Made by a program: the position numbers and the translations under genes
Assembly (NCBI GenBank): GCA_050014495.1
Contig: JBEKDF010000017.1
Coordinates: 1 to 59,705 of the forward strand
Direction: 5' to 3'
Length of the DNA stretch: 59,705 nucleotides
Source: Candidatus Bathyarchaeia archaeon
Lineage (GTDB): Archaea > Thermoproteota > Bathyarchaeia > TCS64
Notes under the pieces: generated by a model
The model's database searches: none
What the model was told of the DNA's origin: nothing
Seen by the model: only the letters and a program-made list of their open reading frames with translations
Shown: one piece after another, positions 57,514 to 59,705 of the stretch
Numbering within the stretch: the stretch's first letter is position 1
Layout: the number at the start of each line of letters is the position of its first letter

Positions 57514-58590
57514 CTAGTTCCGCAGACCATCAAACGCTTTCTTACTCATACTCTTAAGTTTTCTCTCAACCAACCCCCTGTTCTCACCCCTATACGGCTC
57601 ACCCCTCACCAACATGAAGTACATGATCCGGGCCATCTCGTGAGCCACAGCCACAATAGCGCACCCGGAGCCCCTACGCCTCGACACCCGCTCATACATG
57701 CCCCCGAGCCTAGAATCATGCCTGACAGCCGTCTGAGCAGACTCCACCAACGCCCACCGGAGCCTCTTATTACCGGGACCCGAGATACCACCCATCCGGG
57801 TCCTCTCACCCGACTGGTGCACTGAAGGCACCAGACCCATCCACGAGGCGAACTCCTTGTCGCCTCGGAACCGGCCGACGTCACCGACCTCCGATACGAC
57901 GAGCATCGCGGTGAAGTAGCCGACGCCCGTCATTGTCATCAACAGCCGCACACTCCGGTCCTCCGCCGCGAGGACCGCGATCTTCTCCTCGATGAGCGTG
58001 ACCTGGCTGTCGACTGCCTCCAGGACCACGAGGTCGCTTCGCAGTATGGCGTCATCCATGAACCCGAAGTTCTGCTCCCGGAGCCAGGCGATGTTCTCCT
58101 TACTGAAGGGCGTCGTTCCCGGCATGCGGAGGCCGTGCTTGTCGAGGAGTCCGTGGATACGGTTCTTAACCTCGGTCCTGTTCTTCACCAGGTTCAGGCG
58201 GTGGCGGAGGAGCTCTCGGCGGCTTCTCAACTCCTCTCCTGGCACGTAGCAGGTCGGTATCATGTCGGCTCGGAGCAGTCCTGCGAGGGTTCTGGCGTCG
58301 ACCTTATCCGTCTTCACCTTCGCCTCCGCGATGAGGCGGGTCTTTGATGGATTTGAGAGAGCCACGTCGACTCCACGTTCCTCGAGCCTGTCATGGATCG
58401 GGATCCAGAGGTTCCCCGTCGACTCGACGACGGCTCTGACCTCGTCGTGGAGGGTGGTGAGCTTACCGGAGAACTCTTCTATCTCTTCAGGGTCATTCGC
58501 GAATCGGATCTCATCCAATAGTGTTCCATCCTCGTCTAGGACGGCGGCTTGACACATCTTTTTATGGACGTCTATTCCCACGTACTTCAC
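57514..58590 (-). CDS. IS110-family DEDD transposase/recombinase (GTG start probably at 58590)
   Basis: GIDVHK, VVES, KTDKVDA, MTGVG, GLVPSVHQSG, AVAHEMAR; GAGGTGA site upstream. Confidence 0.95.
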   Translation of the reverse strand: MKYVGIDVHKKMCQAAVLDEDGTLLDEIRFANDPEEIEEFSGKLTTLHDEVRAVVESTGNLWIPIHDRLEERGVDVALSNPSKTRLIAEAKVKTDKVDARTLAGLLRADMIPTCYVPGEELRSRRELLRHRLNLVKNRTEVKNRIHGLLDKHGLRMPGTTPFSKENIAWLREQNFGFMDDAILRSDLVVLEAVDSQVTLIEEKIAVLAAEDRSVRLLMTMTGVGYFTAMLVVSEVGDVGRFRGDKEFASWMGLVPSVHQSGERTRMGGISGPGNKRLRWALVESAQTAVRHDSRLGGMYERVSRRRGSGCAIVAVAHEMARIMYFMLVRGEPYRGENRGLVERKLKSMSKKAFDGLRN

Positions 58591-58745
58591 GGGTGTCACC
58601 TCGGGTGGCCTGCGGGCGGCACGCTCCTATCGGGTCTCCCCTACGGACCAGTCGGGTAGCCGCTCGGGTCTGGCCCAATCTGCCTTAAGGGTCTCGCTTG
58701 GACCAAGCGCGCGGCGGGCCTAGGCCACCCGCGACACCCTCATGG
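58591..58745 (-). ncRNA. Putative IS110 bridge/seek RNA in the upstream non-coding end
   Basis: Closing stems 58602-58611/58722-58731 and 58591-58597/58733-58739; internal segments match the element ends and the (CG)n target. Confidence 0.6.
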
Positions 58746-58775
58746 TCTCTCCTGAAAACGTTTCTCATACCGTCT

Positions 58776-59705
58776 GGCTTGTCCCTAAATTCCAGATCAG
58801 TTAGAATAACCTTATCTTGACAGTTGGGGTCTCGTCCCCCAACGGTCTGTCCCACCACAGGAGGTGAGTTCACTTAGGACAGGACGAACACGAGACCCTT
58901 GAAACACTCTTCAAAAACGTCGACTTAAGCATTGCCCAACAGCAAATCATCGGCTGCTACCACACAACCGGACCAGGAAGACATCCGAGAAACCCACTCG
59001 GCATCCTCAGAGCCCTCCTCATCATGAGGTTGAAAGGCATCCGCAGCCTACGGGAGCTCACAAGGATCCTCGACATAGACCTCCGCCTCAGAAGGCTCTG
59101 CCTGATAAAGAGGAATGAGAGAGGCTACACCAGATCAGTCATCAGCCGCTTCACCAAGAGAGTCGGAGCAGAGACGCTTCAACTCATCATCGAGGAGAAG
59201 GTCATCTGGCTCCTACGGAGGAGCAAAGTGGAGGATGTGGATGTGCTTTTGGACGCCAGCTTCATCAAGGCCCGAAGCATCAGACACCCCGACAACGGCA
59301 GACGAGGCTTCTCCGACGCGGACGCCATGGTTGGGAGGAACGGGCGCTTCTACGGCCTCGGATACAAGCTCCACGTTGCCGTGGACCACCGCAGCGTTCT
59401 GCCTCTCGCCACCCTGCTGGCTCCAGCTAATGACAACGAGAAGAAGCATGGGCCAGCGCTGATTGAGAGGACTCGGGTGGTTTTGGGGAGGGCTGGTGCT
59501 AGGCTGAGGAGCCTTGTGGCGGACAGCCAGTATAGCAGTAGGAGGGTGAGGGGTCTCGTCGAGGACTCGGTGATCCCTTACACGTCTAATCAGTCGGCTG
59601 GTGGGGACGCGCTGCGGGTTGACAGGAGGTTCAGGACACATGGCCCCGCTGGGCTGGTGGTTGAGTATCATAAGCGGCCGTTGGTGGAGTCGGTTTTCAG
59701 CTTCC
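58776..59705 (+). mobile_element. IS4/IS5-superfamily insertion sequence, left part (runs off the window)
   Basis: Candidate end GGCTTGTCCCTAAATT at 58776, followed by a DDE transposase frame. Confidence 0.65.
58874..59705 (+). CDS. DDE transposase (IS4/IS5-like), partial; no canonical start codon after the ribosome-binding site
   Basis: Hand translation: GPGRHPRNPLGILRALL...SLREL...LLDASF...SDADA...GYKLH...VADSQY...YHKRPLVESVF. Confidence 0.85.

Larger units (their letters stand above)
2573..58713. repeat. Dispersed (CG)n / alternating purine-pyrimidine tracts, 7-19 bp, about 40 or more copies at gene and module boundaries
   Basis: Examples: 2573, 4359, 4393, 5253, 5283, 5401, 5735, 8162, 8731, 8791, 8904, 13805, 19978, 22761, 23498, 25219, 26323, 27077, 29935, 30209, 30633, 30654, 32984, 33487, 34703, 38488, 39676, 48079, 48169, 50500, 56580, 57458. 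Confidence 0.9.
57467..58775 (-). mobile_element. IS110-family element with sub-terminal inverted repeats, inserted at a (CG)n tract
   Basis: Imperfect inverted repeats tatgataaacgcctcaggag (57470-57489) and the reverse complement of 58749-58769 (tatgagaaacgttttcaggag) enclose the transposase. Confidence 0.8.

Noticed and set aside
59115..59671. ORF-track entries 59115-59462 (+) and 59213-59671 (-)
   Set aside because: Alternative frames of the partial DDE transposase.

Overview
This 59.7 kb window is archaeal (GGTGA/GGAGG ribosome-binding sites, TATA-like promoters, TTG/GTG starts); the gene content suggests Bathyarchaeia, which is an inference. It is an accessory region. The first 39 kb hold surface/secreted proteins, peptidases (S53, S9), a GH51 arabinofuranosidase, Hsp20, an ABC exporter operon, a CsoR/P1B-ATPase/FmdE metal operon, UPF0182, a flippase and vapBC. 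An approximately 18 kb cell-surface glycan locus (glycosyltransferases, wecB/wecC, galU, ugd, DUF1616 block) follows, and the window ends in an IS110 element abutted by a partial IS4/IS5-type element. The most striking signal is about 40 or more short alternating purine-pyrimidine tracts, mostly (CG)3-5. They sit at almost every boundary between unrelated genes, at the domain junctions of one mosaic surface protein, at truncation points of pseudogenes, and on both sides of 20-120 bp orphan gene fragments. The IS110 is inserted in one such tract, and its structured upstream non-coding region carries copies of both its own reconstructed end-junction and a GCGCGCG segment, as expected for a bridge RNA targeting these tracts. 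Together this points to a possibly undescribed (CG)n-junction gene/domain shuffling or DNA-repair-scar system. An unannotated roughly 170 nt structured RNA candidate and several small ORFs missed by the ORF track are also present.
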